From: Schmidtea polychroa
Taxonomy: Eukaryota
Length of the DNA: 64,000 nucleotides
Assembly (NCBI GenBank): GCA_044892525.1
Contig: CM097885.1
Span: forward strand, 38,628,001 to 38,692,000
Reading direction: 5' to 3'
Of the stretch, positions 46,789-60,290 are shown in pieces. Position 1 is the stretch's first letter. The number at the start of each line of letters is the position of its first letter. The notes under the pieces were generated by a model. That model worked only from the letters and a program-made list of their open reading frames with translations, searched no databases and was not told the DNA's origin. A program made the translations under genes and the position numbers.

Positions 46789-49700
46789 TGTTGGGTTATA
46801 GAGTTGGTGATAAAATTAGAATTCTTACTCTTACTCCAAGCGTGTCTTTGACCGACCCACAAATAACAATTAACGCTGAAAACTTTATTGAATATCACAA
46901 ATATTTTCACAATGATACAATTGGCTCAACAAACTAACTATCGATTATACTGTGCTTATTACAACACTGTTGGGTTATGATAGCAAAAATCAACCGTTGG
47001 TTACTCTGACTCTACGTGTTCCAAAAATTAATAAACACAACTCCCAACGTATATTTGTTTTATAGAAAATTTACAATTCTCAATAAATAACTACACCTTT
47101 AGTTAACCACAATTTTCTCACAATTACCGATCGAACTCCGCTCCCGAAGGTCTCAACCTTGTACGATTAAAAAAATAAGTTTCACCTTTTTATTTAATTC
47201 CGCTCTCTGATCCGAACTCTTTTAATATTCCTTTCTGACTCCTCGATTCCTCTTATAATTCTTTTCTTCTTTTTTTATTCCTCGAAATCCTATCGTCTGT
47301 TTCTTCTTCCCTACCTAAGGCTACCGCCGATTATGTGAATTTTGAGTTTCTTTATATACTCCCATAATCATTGTAATTACCCCATTTTTAACCTAATTGG
47401 TTTTGACTAGGGATTGCAAATTTCGAGGAAAATAAAAAAATCGGAATTCGAACTTCGCAAGTTAAATATTTCGGAATTCGATCGAATTCCAAAATATTGT
47501 TAATTTTTTAAAGTCTATACAAATAATAAAAATAACTTATTTGAGATAATTTATTGTTTTTTATTGCATAATATTACTTTTTTTAAAATAAAAATGAAAC
47601 ATAAAATTATATCATTTAAAATGAAATATAAACATAAATGTATTGTACACAAATTCAATTATTACATAACAATATAATAATAGTTAAAAATATATTATTT
47701 AAAATGTTAAAACATAAAATTATTTAAACATTAACTACAGTTAAATGTATCGCGTGTGAAAAGCACAACTGCTGATTACATGGTAAAAGCCACCCAACTT
47801 TTTGCATCACAGCTGCCCCATCAGTTGTTATGGACGTAATATCTTTATTGATATTTAGATTGTTGTCTTGCAATGTGGTTTTCAGGGCCGTAATGCATTT
47901 CTCTGCAGGGAAACATCCTTCAACACGAACTAAACCTAAATTCCAAAACTGTTTCTTGCCATAGACATTCACATTTAAATAACATCGGTTTCTTGATGAT
48001 GTCCATTCAACTATAGTTAAGCAAAATCGAGTTCCATCTTCTTTGAGATTAATTAAATCCTGCATCATTTTAGAACTCATTTTTTGCGCGTATTCTAAAA
48101 CCATTTTGTGAATTGAGTTAGGTGATTTTGGTAGTACATAATCTCGAGCGCCTCTAGATCAAAAATAAATTTCTCAAATCGATAGACGTACAAAAAACTT
48201 TGAATGGCATATTTTTTAAGGCACACATTAGTGATACAATTGCAGAAAGTTGTTCATCTTTTTTGTTGACTAAATAATTTGTAATCATCATTTTTGATGA
48301 GCTGCTTTCTGGAACTTTATCTTGCACGAAATCACGTTTTCTTACATTAGTATTGTATATTGTTCTTAAATGCGTGTGCTGCGGTGTTACCGTTGTACCA
48401 TAAGTTTTTACTAATTCATTACATATTAGTTAGTTTTTTTGATCCTCTCAAAAAATGAATCAAAACAGAATTTTGATTTTTATATTGCTTTGTGTATTCC
48501 GAATAAATTTCTTTTGATGACATTTTGAGATATTCTAATAAAAATAGTTTAATTATTAAATTAAAACTGCTACTATTTACTTACCTATTTAAAAAATATT
48601 GATGATTGTACAGAAAACAAAGTCCAAATATTTCAATATACACTATACTCGATTAAACAAATCTCAACACTATTGCAAATCGTAAATATAAGACACGAAC
48701 ACGAAGTTATACGAAATATAAAATGTTGTGTGAAATTTTATGCTACATTACATAATGTAATAAATGTAATTTACATAATATAATTACATAATGTAATTTA
48801 CATTTATTATTATTACATATGGATATGAAATGAAGAAATGAAACCGTTTAAATGTTTAGCTGCAATTTAGAAATGTTTACTCTATGCCTACTTGTATTAT
48901 GTAGAATAACTGTAATTTTGCATTGTCTTCTTTATGTCTTCTTAAAGAATGTAGAATATTAATATGTACAGAACGAAAACACAATTTACAAGTTAGCGAT
49001 AGCACGAAAAAATAAATTTTAAATTCAGAATTCGCTTGGAAAATTTCGAAATTCGAAACTATATTTATGAAAACGAATTCCGGAATTTCGATTATGCAAT
49101 CCCTGGTTTTGACTTCTTTAGTTATCATTCTCTAATTATCTATTTCTGTAGACCCTCTTCGTAATTCCTTTCTTTTGTTTACCCTCGTTTATCTGGCTGC
49201 TTGGATAATTGCCCTCTGAATTCCTCGTTTGTTTACACTTCCAAATTGCCGTGCTCGGGTTTTCTTCATCGCTCGGGTTCTCCATTAGCTCGGGTTTCCC
49301 ATTAGCCAATTAATTAATTAATATTTTACGTTTTTCCACATTTGTCTGTTTTACGACCCTTTTTAAACATTTTCTAACAATTTCTTTCTCACTGTCTTCT
49401 TCAGCATCCCCTAATCTACCCTTCTCCCGTTTTCCAGCTTCAATTTCGATAACTTTTCACTTTATTCCACTTTCTCAGGTTTGCGCATTTTACCATTTCA
49501 TGTTTGATTGTACCCTTTTATAGTTCTGTTTTTATCATATCTTTCTTTGCCATTGCTTCTCTGATTGACCGCCATTCAATTTTGGGTTTTCCTTTTAATC
49601 TGAACTATATAATTTAATAATTTACTTTTAAAACCTCAACAACACTTTGGCAAGGAATAACACACTCGTATAACCTTGATTTAACAAATCTCACACGCTG

Positions 49701-50380
49701 AAGAGTGTAATAATTGGTAATTTTAACTGGTTGTTTTCTGATTTGACTTGGATTTACTCGCCGAACTTTACTCTATTATCACTAAATAAACTCTTGCTGC
49801 TTCTCTTTATTTCTGTTTTCTCTTTAATTTCTCTGCTTCAATTTTATTCAAATTCTCCAAATAATTCCCCAAATTTACTCTAACTGGTCCTTCCCAAATT
49901 GTTCTCTCTATAGTTCTGCTTGCTTCTGCTGTGCTACCTCCTTTTATACCTCGTCAATTTGTGGCACTTCAGTTTATCTTCAATTTCCCATTTTTTTTCT
50001 CCAACATGATTTCCCAATTTTCCCTGCGACCGAGTTATCTTTGACAGCTGTCGAGATATTTTCTAATTTTCCCTTTTTGCGGCTCCGGCCTATTTTTGTT
50101 TTGTTCCCGTTATCTCTGACAAGCTGTCGAGATAAGAATATTGTTGTTTTTCTATTTTCCCGATTTCGAAATTCCTTTTCCCTTTTGTACTAATTAATTA
50201 GTACTGACCTTTGTTTTTGTTTTCATGTTTGATTTCTTTTGTTTCATTCCTCTTTCTCATTTCTTTTTGCTTTCGTTTTCTTTTCTGAGTTCCCACAGAT
50301 CGTCCAATTTGTCATGACGATCTTCACCCAAGTAATTCTATTTATTTATTTATAAATTTGTTATTTAGGTATCTTCAACA
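46789..50380. mobile_element. Solo-LTR-like element (~1.9 kb net)
   Basis: TGTTG...CAACA termini and a perfect 4-bp TSD TATG on both sides. Non-coding and T-rich on the + strand. Confidence 0.75.
47408..49105 (-). mobile_element. Internally deleted hAT (Ac-type) element
   Basis: TIRs TAGGGATTGCA / TGCAATCCCTG with a perfect 8-bp TSD GTTTTGAC. The transposase fragment reads FCLTIVEWTS...ITTDGAAVM...CFSHAIHL. Confidence 0.92.
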
Positions 50381-51782
50381 TATGTAATATACATTGTTAA
50401 TAATAAATAATAATTAATAATAAATATGTTAATTATCTTAAAATATTTTTTTCTATTTTTCCATGACAACTTTTGACATTGCTCGATGAATTGCAATAAT
50501 TAATAATTTTACCTCTCGCAAGCTGAAATTCTGGCAACGTCCCAGAATCTAAGAAAATCATTAAATAAGTAAAATATATTGTGGAAACAATGAACAGCCT
50601 TAAAATCGTTAAGTGAATTATAAATACAATAAAAAATCGTCAAATTTTTTAAAATGAGTTGAACAGACTACGAAAAACATCAAACAGAGAAAGCGAATTA
50701 CGAAAACAATGAAAATCATGAAAACCTTTTAACAAAGTACGAGAATAATGGAAGACAACAATATTGAAAAAAAGGCATAAAGATAGATAATACCATTAAA
50801 TCAAAAAAACTGAACTCAGTTTCAATAAATAACACAATAGTCCAAAATAACGGTGTGAATAATGAAGAACAACATCAACAAATATTTCTAGAAATTACTA
50901 GAAATTCAAGTTCATAACATCAGAAGTACAAATCGTTGCAATGATAGATTCAGAGGTATCAACTTAAAATCCACAAATCTTTCAACATTTTCTTTTGAAT
51001 ATTTTTTTGATCTTATAAGATCAACTTCAAAGGAAGTGGAACAAACTCATAACAATGACAACCTCTATTTTGCATTCACTCGGTTTTGCTCCTGCTACTC
51101 ACTTTATAATTAATATAATTAATATCAGAAATAATTAATAATTTCTCAGACACTTTTATGTTATTAATTTACTAAAATTGAAATATTCATTTAATATATT
51201 TTTATCATTGCTTACAGCTTCATGTGATCATTAAAATGAGGTGCAATTACAAACGAATAGACAAGATTAATATTTGATAAAAAATAAAAATAGAAAAATA
51301 ATTCCAATTAAGTTAAAATTTGTGATAAATTATTTTGGCACGTTAGTATACATCTACTTCTTAGGGGACACGAAAACCATTTTTTCTGCCAACTCGTACA
51401 GTTTATTAAGACTCTAAATAATAAATAAATTTTTAATAATAATAATAACATTAATAATTTATATTTATTTGATGTGTTACAACAAATTGTATATTTGATT
51501 TAGCATAGTGGCGAAGTAATCAGATTCTGTAGTATACACTCACAGATTCCTGGAATTATTTCTTACATGATACCGATGAGAGTGAAATAAACTTAAAATT
51601 TGTCTACAGTTAGAAATCGCATTGAATATTACTTTAAAAATTTATTTTAGACAATGTAATTTTAGATATTTCATTCTGAATAAATTCAACTTGAAAATTA
51701 TGTAATGATTTACATCTAGTTTTTGGAATAAATAGGAAATAAAGAAATCCAATACCAATAAAAATATAATATGATGAATAAA

Positions 51783-52013
51783 CCGTTTGCGGCCGAAATT
51801 AATTTTAATAAGTAGTATATATTTTAGCATAATTTTTTAGTATACGAATGCCCGATATCGTGGTATGAATTTTTTAAAGTTTGACCAGCACAGCTGGCCA
51901 TTATACATTGTAGAACGTCTGGAAAACAATTCGTGGCCAGCAGCGCTGGCCTACCGTCCGCTATCGTATAAGCCATTTAAGGCCAGCACTGCTGGCCTAC
52001 CGTCCGCAAACGG
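51783..52013. mobile_element. piggyBac-type MITE
   Basis: TIR CCGTTTGCGG / CCGCAAACGG. The right flank is TTAA and the left flank TAAA. Internal repeated palindromes GGCCAGCAG(C)GCTGGCC. Confidence 0.75.
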
Positions 52014-52672
52014 TTAATTAAATTAAATTCTAAATTTCAGAATGTTAAAATATTGTATATTTCATGTTTTCGAGCTAAAATATTATTAAAAAATTTTAAT
52101 ATATGGTACAGTATTAATATATTCGGAATTTTATTTAATAAATTTTTTTATTATACTTTCATTTTTTTATGATAAACCAAATAACATTCACTTACTGTTT
52201 CATTTTCTAGAGCTAAAGTCAATTCGGATTTTTCTCTTTGAAAATTATGATTTTCCTCACTTTCAATTGTCTGTTCTTGTGTTTCAATTTCTGTTGACTA
52301 AAATAAATACTATAAATTTATATATTATAAATCAAAGTAGTATTCACCGATTTCATATCGAAATAAATTGTAAGAAATGACATGTTCTTTAGTCCTAAAT
52401 ACTACAGCCTTTTGGATGATATAAAGAACAACAAGACTAAGGGAATGAAATCGTACATAACAATTTGAAATAACAATTGTACATTTATTGTTATCACAAT
52501 AATTCGGTTTTAGTAGAAAAATTTCGAATAGCAAGTAAAGATATTCATGCAGACCTGGGAAACAATAGTTGGAAAAAGTATTGTATGTATAAAAATAAAA
52601 GTTTAGAAAACGGACAATATATATTAAAAGGTGCAAATTATACAAGAAAATTAAATTAACAATTGAGTAGAA

Positions 52673-53720
52673 CAGCGGATCGCAACCACTGGGACGCGAC
52701 CCAAATTTTGGATTGTGGCAATTTATGAAAAGTATATAAAAAGCCATTGTATTCATAACTAATTTTTATGAAAGTAAGAATTTACAACTAAAATAAATCA
52801 TTTTTAAAGGAAAGTGAAGGTACATGCGTTGGTTTTCGACGCCAGTGCGGCGCTCAGTAGTGAATTCAAAACCGACACTAAACAAGTTTGATTGTTTATT
52901 TTCATTACCTGCGAACAACGTTAGCGACGACATTGAGCCATACCCATCAGCCCAGCCATATGCCTTCATTTCGTTCTCCGGAGGACTTCTTTTGTTGAGC
53001 GGAGAGTGGTTATGTAGTAAGTAATTCGTACATTAACCGACAAAATGTTTTCTGCGTTTCAGAAGCTTAGTGTATTTATATTGTGTTATAGTTTCCTAAT
53101 ATTTAGTTGTGTATAATTAAGATATGTAACTTTTTGCCTGTAATTTTGTTTGCTAAAATGATTACTTTTAGATTTTAGACGAGAACTCTTATTTTAAAAT
53201 GAGCAAACAAATTACACTATTTAATTATTTTCAGACTAAAAATATAAGCCAAACTGATTCAGAAACTCCTAGTTCCTTAACTGAATTATTAATAAAATGA
53301 ACAAAAGTGGAAATATTTGTTTATAAATATAAAATACGGACAACACTAATTGAAATAATTCAACCATTGATTGATGCTAGGCAATGTAGTGCCTCAACTA
53401 ACATGTGGACCGATGACTATAAGCATTTTTCATAAAAAAACATTACCAGTTCATTTTATTGACAAAAATTGAAAATTACCGTCAAAAGTACTTTTTACAT
53501 GATCATTTTCTAATAAGAAAATACTGGAAACAATATAAAAAATGAATTTGGAATTAATTCAGATGCCCTCGTCAAATTAACTTTTGTAATCGGTCAAGGT
53601 AGCAATATAGTGGCTGCATTGGAACATTCGATTCGTTTTAATTGTACGTGCCATTTAATTAACACAATCCTTAGAAATATATTTTAACCCACTTTTCTAA
53701 CAGAAAACTTACCTTCAATC
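52673..53720 (+). mobile_element. hAT relic (left end plus decayed transposase)
   Basis: Terminus-like CAGCGGATCGCAACC. Fragments TNMWTDDY and FVIGQGSNIVAAL...NCTCHLINTIL. A different hAT-like left end (CAGGCGCGGCCTTAGG) starts at 53721. Confidence 0.6.
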
Positions 53721-53977
53721 CAGGCGCGGCCTTAGGGCAAGGTGAACAAGGCCACCGCCTTGGGCCCCGCGCTTTGATTAAACAATTTTTATTACTTTTT
53801 ACAATTTTAATACTATTGCATAATACTTGTATTTTATATAACAACAGTATCAAGAAAACTTTATATTTAATTTTCAGGATAAAATAATTAGAAAAATAGC
53901 GTAATAATATAATAAAATTAATTATCTGCAATCTGCCACTGACAATTATGACATTTATTTAGAAATATTACCATTAA

Positions 53978-54188
53978 CCCTTTAACCACTAAAACCGATC
54001 ATCATAAAAACCACATTTGATTCAAATCAAAATATTTTCGCGTTCCAACCAGTAAGACAGTTTTTCGTCTGTAAAACTCCCGACCATAACTTGTAGGTTT
54101 CAACACGATCAAACACATAGTTTGCTTGTAACGGTCAGTTTCGTTGAGAACTTCGGTTCCTCGTAATTCTATTTCAGTGGTTTAAGGG
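53978..54188. mobile_element. piggyBac-type MITE
   Basis: TTAA|CCCTTTAACCACT ... AGTGGTTTAAGGG|TTAA. Confidence 0.88.
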
Positions 54189-54912
54189 TTAATATTAAGA
54201 ATAAAGTATTTACTGAATGATACACTGACCATGATTTTAATATTTAATATACTTATGAATTTATTAAATGATTCCTTAAATATCCATGTTCTTCTATCAA
54301 ACATGCATAAATTGAATATAAATTTGCTAAATTTTACTCAGATTCTTGCTATGATTTTTTAATAATGAGTCATAATACAACAAATTTTTTTAAAATTCAT
54401 TTTCTGGAAAATTTTTAAAAATTTCATGAGGGGATGTACTAAAACCTTAGAAATGTCTTTTATAAAAATGATGACTCGTCAATATTTTTGACATGATCAG
54501 TTTGACGTAATGTAACAAAAGACCATGAGCCATACCAAAACATATGACGCAAATTTTTGAAGCCTGACTTACCGTATATCAAAGCAATGATTCGCCACGA
54601 TGAGTCGTCGCGTCATGGATGAGTAATTCATTTATGAGTTAAAGAGCATGAATCTCTATTTTTTTCACTCCAATACAAAGTTTAACAAGTCTTTCTCTTT
54701 ACTCTCTAATTAAATCCGTCTTTTCCGTTTTCCTTTGACGTTTCAAACATTTTGGTCAAATAAAATTAAATATTTCATTGTGTATAACAAATGAAACAAT
54801 TTTAAAAATAAATCGTTTTATATTGGTAAAAATCATTTCTTTTTCTTTATTAATTTAATTTACCATTTCTTTTATCTTCAATTCTTTTCAGTGTTTAGAT
54901 TTAAATTTATAT

Positions 54913-55616
54913 TTAATATGAAATTTCACCAGAGCTCTTTTTGTTCATATGAATAATTGAATTTATGAATTCAACAACTTACTTCAACATTTTCAGATTC
55001 ATCTTTTACTTTTTCTTCTTTTTCTGTATGCTCTGACTCTTCAGTTTGTTCTTCATGGACGCCTTTAGTTTCAATAGTTTCTTCTGAATATTCCTTATTA
55101 TCAATAACCGATTTCTTTCGGTTATTTTTTGACGAGTCCACTTCATCAGTTTTCAATTTTTTCACATCTTTCTACAACCACAACAAAATTGAAGCACAAT
55201 TCGAAGGAATCTCTCACGTTTCGATAACTGTAGACGGGATTTGGTAGAAAAGAATTATCAACCATTACTATTTCCTCTTTGGCCTGAACGGTTTGTTTGG
55301 AATTTTGATAACTCTGAGTTAAATATTCTTCCTCTTCACTTGTTATTTTACCGTCCATTCGCAGTTTTCTAATTCTGCGAATTTCTTCTTCTCTCAGTTC
55401 CTTTTCTTTCAATTTTTGAGTCGTCTATCCAAAGCCATCCAAAATAATTAGTTAACAAAACATTCAACAGATTACCTGGTAGTCTTGTTCGAGAATTTGT
55501 CGAATTTTATCCATTAATTCCTTTTTAGTCAAATCGTTTTCATTTTCCCTTTCGATTTGAAGAATTTGCCTGATTTTCTGTTGCCTATGATTCAATGTTG
55601 CTTTTGCAGTACTCAT
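54913..55616 (-). CDS. Hypothetical charged/coiled-coil protein, 4 exons (55616-55476, 55424-55218, 55171-54983, 54936-54913; ~186 aa)
   Basis: ATG-initiated frame MSTAKATLNHRQQKIRQIL... joined by three 46-51 nt GT-AG phase-0 introns, the same size class as in neighbouring genes. The last exon is least certain and no family was recognised. Confidence 0.65.
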
Positions 55617-56305
55617 TTAATGAGCGAATAATAACAAGAATACTAATGGAAAAAGAAAACACTTTGGGTTGCTAAGCACAATTGAAATGATTATATGGTT
55701 AATGATATTCAAATAGTTGTAGTTTAGATACCTTTTGTTACGTTGTGAAGTGAAATTTCACACACCTATTCATTACAACTTGACAACCCAGCTATACACA
55801 CATACGCACACAACTGTGTGCACACGTACACAGAAGAATAACAATTTACAGATTAAATTTTAATTGGATAGAATTTTCTTGTAGAATTTGTTGTGGAAAT
55901 GCGTGAATTTGCCACTTCATAAGCAAAAATTAAAAGTAATGTTTTCAAATCATTGTTTACACAATATTTACTGACATTCCAGTAACTATAGTTGTATAAT
56001 TGATATATTTAGTTATCACTAAATTACTAGAAAATTGATGAATTATTTAAATCTTATTTCTTTTGAATTGATGAAATTAAATTTATTCGATTACCAATAT
56101 TATAAGATAGGCCAAGTGGTGGAACTCCAAATATTTCTATAAAATTTTCACGAACTTCATAAAATTATTACTAAGGAGGAATTATACATTGAAAAGGCAT
56201 ATATCAGAAGAAGGCATTAAAATGTATTTGCCAATCAAATTTTAAAAAATAATTACTGACACAAATGACATGCTTTAATTTAAAATAGGAATGATCAGGT
56301 AAAAT

Positions 56306-57620
56306 CAGGCCCGTACCGTCGGGGGGGCCCAGGAGGGTCTGGCCCCCCCAAATAAAAATACGGACATGAATAAAAAATTAATTTCAATATGCAGTCTTCT
56401 GCTTTTGCTGTAGAAAATTTTCATTGCCCGGCTCTGCTGGCGAAAGTGCTTTCAGAACAGGAGGATTCCGAAATTGGAAATCGGCTTTAGAAAAAGGAAA
56501 AGCTTTTCAAAAGCATGAATCTTCTGTTGGCCACATCCATGCCATGGAACGCTGGAAAGAGAAACAGCTGAGATGTGAAAAAGGTGAGGAAGTTTGCACT
56601 TTGATTAATAAAACACAGCTGAAGAACAACCGTTATTATGTCAACGAAATCGTTGACGTTGTAAAGTTTCTTGTGACAAATGAATTAGCCTTTCGTGGTG
56701 ACAGTTTCAGTAGAGATGATATTGATGAGGATGATAAGCTTCCATGTGGTCTATTTTTATGTCTCTTCGAATACACTGTTAAGAAAAACCCTGAGCTGGC
56801 TCGAATCATTATTTTACTCTGAAGGTGGATGGTACCAAAGATCGAACAGGGACTGAGAATGTGTCGATTGCCATAAGGTTTGTCTCAGCAGGACAACCTC
56901 AGGAGCACTTAATCTGCATTTCCCGAACAATTGCTCTCAATGCAGAGGCCTTCACAGATGTAATTTTGACAACCTTGAAAGAGGCTCAGTTGGATCCTAA
57001 AAATATAATTTCCCAATGCTATGATGGAGCCGCTGTTATGTCTGGACAGCATGGTGGGGTGCAGGCCTTGCTTCAGGAGCGTCTACAAAAAGAAATTCCG
57101 TATGTCCATTGCTTAAACCACAAGTTGCATTTGGTTGTTGTGTGTGCCGTTTCTGAGTGCCAAAAACTGCGGGACTTCTTCGACATATGCAGAAACTTAT
57201 ACACATTTTTGTCATATCCTAAGGTTGCGGCCATATATCAAGGCGATAAATTGACATGGCTCATGGAACATCGTTGGACAGGACACTTGCAGACGACTCA
57301 GGCAATAACAACTAATTATGATACAATTGTGAATTTGCTTGAGATGTGTTCTAGTAGACATTCTCACTTTTCAATTGATATTCAATTGGAAGCTACTGGA
57401 CTCTTGCATCGAGTCAATGAAGTGGAGTTTCAGTTCATTGCACACATGGTGCTCTCATTGCTGACTATCCTTGAAACAGCCAACAATAGCTTGCAGGGTC
57501 AAGCAATGGACCTTTCTTCAGTGCAAAGTGTGAGTAGTGACTAGTCTGTTTTCATAAAATACTTAGTTTACACGAGAATTACTGCCCCCCCCCGTCAAAA
57601 GGTGTCACGGTACGGGGCTG
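56306..57620 (+). mobile_element. Internally deleted hAT (ZMYM1/DUF4371-type) element
   Basis: TIRs CAGGCCCGTACCGT / ACGGTACGGGGCTG with a perfect 8-bp TSD GGTAAAAT. Transposase pieces GFRNWK...HESS..H, LAFRG, DGTKD, CYDGAAVMSG, HCLNHKLHL and HRW. Confidence 0.95.
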
Positions 57621-57686
57621 GGTAAAATTAATTAAAAACCATTACATTTTTATTTGATTCTTTAAATACTAAAATTCAAAAAAGTA

Positions 57687-57913
57687 CCGTATATACTCGT
57701 GTATAAGCCGATCCGTATATAAGCCGAAGTGAGTTTTTATAGTCAATTTTTTGTCCAAAATCAAGTACCCGTATATAAGCCGAGGTAAAAAAAAATAGCT
57801 AAAATCTGACGAATTATTTAAATAATCACAAAATCTTGTTTTTGACATGTTAGCTTAAAAATTAGCTTAAAAAATTGCCCAAAATTTCTCAGCTTATACA
57901 CGAGTATATACGG
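57687..57913. mobile_element. Tc1/mariner-pogo type MITE
   Basis: TA|CCGTATATACTCGTGTATAAGC ... GCTTATACACGAGTATATACGG|TA, with internal CCGTATATAAGCCGA repeats. Confidence 0.92.
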
Positions 57914-58369
57914 TATGTTAAAAATCTCTAATTTACCTAAATAAACAAAAATGACACTAACAATAATCCCATTAAAATCCCAATAAATATTTTCATTTTC
58001 ACCGTGAGATTCCCTGGTTTGTTCGAATCGGCCGACACCAGACAACAGTAGGTGACGCGATACACGTTGTTTTATTCTACCGTGTATACGAGCAGCCTAT
58101 TGTGTGTGTGAAATTGTTTCCGAGTTAGTTTTCATTTTGTTTTTAAGAAAAATAAAGAGGTATGAATATATTTTTCATGGCTCTTTATTAATTGAACTTT
58201 ATTTTAGATATTTATAATTTAAATTACTAATTTATACTTTTTTGTTTTTTATATAAACTTACTAATTCAAAGTATAATTTACTAATTTAAAGTATAAATA
58301 TAATTCTCTCGTATTTTTCATTTTTTTATTATTATTAAAATTAAAAGAATATTCAATTTGTAGTTTCAT

Positions 58370-59402
58370 TATGGGCGACAATAGTGATTCAGAACCCAAA
58401 CATTTTGTGAAAAAAGCACGAAAAACAATATGCCTGGAGATAAAATGTACGTAATTAAACACATTGAAGACGTCCAAACCCGAAATTTTGTCTACAGAGC
58501 TCTAAGTTTAGCACCATCCACTGTGACAATAATTATGAAAAACAATTTGACAAAAAAACATTCCGTTCAACAGACATGGGCAGTAAGTGTAGAGCACGTA
58601 ACTTAAAGCCGGAGAAAAAATATAAAGAAAATAGAAAAAATGTTAGCATTGTGAGTTGATGACACCAATCAAAAAATATTCCTGTAACACAAGCAGTCAT
58701 GTGAAAAAGCAAAGTTGATTTTTTCTGATTTTAAGGCACAAGAAAACATTAACGAAACTTTCTTGGCAAGCACTGGGTGGTTCACGAGATTCAAATCTCG
58801 AACCAATATCCGCAGCACTAAACTAAGCGGTGAAGCAGCGAGCCTGATGTAGCAGCAGTGGCAGCTTACTATCAATAGTTTCAAGAAATTGTGGAACTAG
58901 ACAACTACCTAGCATATCTCATCTTCAATCTTGATGAAACAGGCCTCTATTGGAAGAAGTTGCCACCGAGAACATTTATTTTGTAAGAAGAACGTAGCGC
59001 TCCTTGATTTTAAGCGACCAGGGATTGACTGACTCTTCTCTTGGGATCAAATGTTTCTGGTTCCTTAAAATTAAAGCCAATGGTAGTCTACCATTCCCAG
59101 AATCCATGGAGTTTTAAATGTCTTTACAAAAGCTCCCTTCCAATTTTTTGGAGGTGGAATATAAAGGCCTGGGTCTCTCAGGAGGTTGCCACAGACTGAT
59201 ATAAAAATTAGTTTTGCCCTGATGTGCTTAAATTTTGTGACTGAAATAACCTTCCAAAGAAAGTAATCTCCTATTAGACAAGAAATTGGACGTCAAGGTA
59301 ATTTATATTCCCACTAACACAGCCTCCGTATTACAACCCATGGATCAATGCGTAATATTATTTGCGCATAACATTAAAAGCAATGATTAAGGCGATATAT
59401 TA

Positions 59403-59460
<58 letters not shown>

Positions 59461-60290
59461 CAGTCAGACCAATCAGAATCAAAAATCTGGAGTCTGCTTG
59501 GGATGAACTGACAACTAATCGTTTAAACGGCGTTTGGCGTACACTTCTGCCTGGATTTATACAAGGTACAAGTGTAGAAAGGGTAGATAACATTAACATA
59601 AACGAAGGCATTATCAGGCTTACACGCGAATTTGGATTCGAAGATGTAACAACCGAAGATTTGACCGAACTGTAAGACGTGCATGACCAACCATCTCAAA
59701 TCAAGAATGAGAAGAGATGATGGAGTTATTAGATTGCCCTCAATAAGAAAATCCCGAAGAAGAAGAGGATGAGAAAGAAAATGATGGAAAACTGGCCGAT
59801 ATAACTCGTATCCTTTCTTATATAGACAGGTTAACCGATGCTCTCTGTGAGATAGATGGGGATTTCAATCGAAGCGCAAATGTTAAAAGAAGCACCACAA
59901 CTGCCTTTCGACCTTATGCTGTGATTCTGCAAGAAAGGAAGCAACAATCAAATCAAATGAAATTGGATGCTTTTTCAAAAAAGTGTGAGAATTTAATTTA
60001 GTACCGACGAACTGGTGATTTATTATTTATTTTAAAAATTCATTATTTATATCAAGAGATTATTATTTACTTTGTAAACGAATTTAAACTGTATTTATTA
60101 AATACATTTATAATTTATTTTTAATATATATATAGTTTATGTATAAAATAAACATGTTAGATTGTTCTTAGAATTTTGACACGGAACCTAACCTTATATC
60201 ATACAATATATTTGTGTTCATTTTACGCCGATTTCTTTTACGCCGGTGTCTCTCGGAACGGAATACCGCCGTAAAATGACTATTAAATGT
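58370..60290 (+). mobile_element. pogo/Tigger (TIGD1-like) transposase relic
   Basis: FLASTGWFTRFKSR...GEAAS, IFNLDETGLYWKKLPPRTFI, GSNVSGSLKLKPMVVYHSQNP and PTNTASVLQPMDQ, with many stops. A (TA)n insertion lies at ~59408-59458. Confidence 0.9.

Larger units (their letters stand above)
46283..50545 (+). mobile_element. Deleted hAT element (~670 bp net) hosting nested insertions
   Basis: Imperfect TIRs CAAGGACGTAGCTA / TGGCAACGTCCCAG with a degenerate 8-bp TSD (GATCTAGG vs AATCTAAG). The dimerisation relic TLPISTCTAERSFSSIKCLKSYLRN lies at ~46585-46660. Confidence 0.72.

Noticed and set aside
56424..57544. Domesticated ZMYM1-like host gene
   Set aside because: Bounded by TIRs and an 8-bp TSD, internally deleted and frameshifted, so it is a transposon copy.
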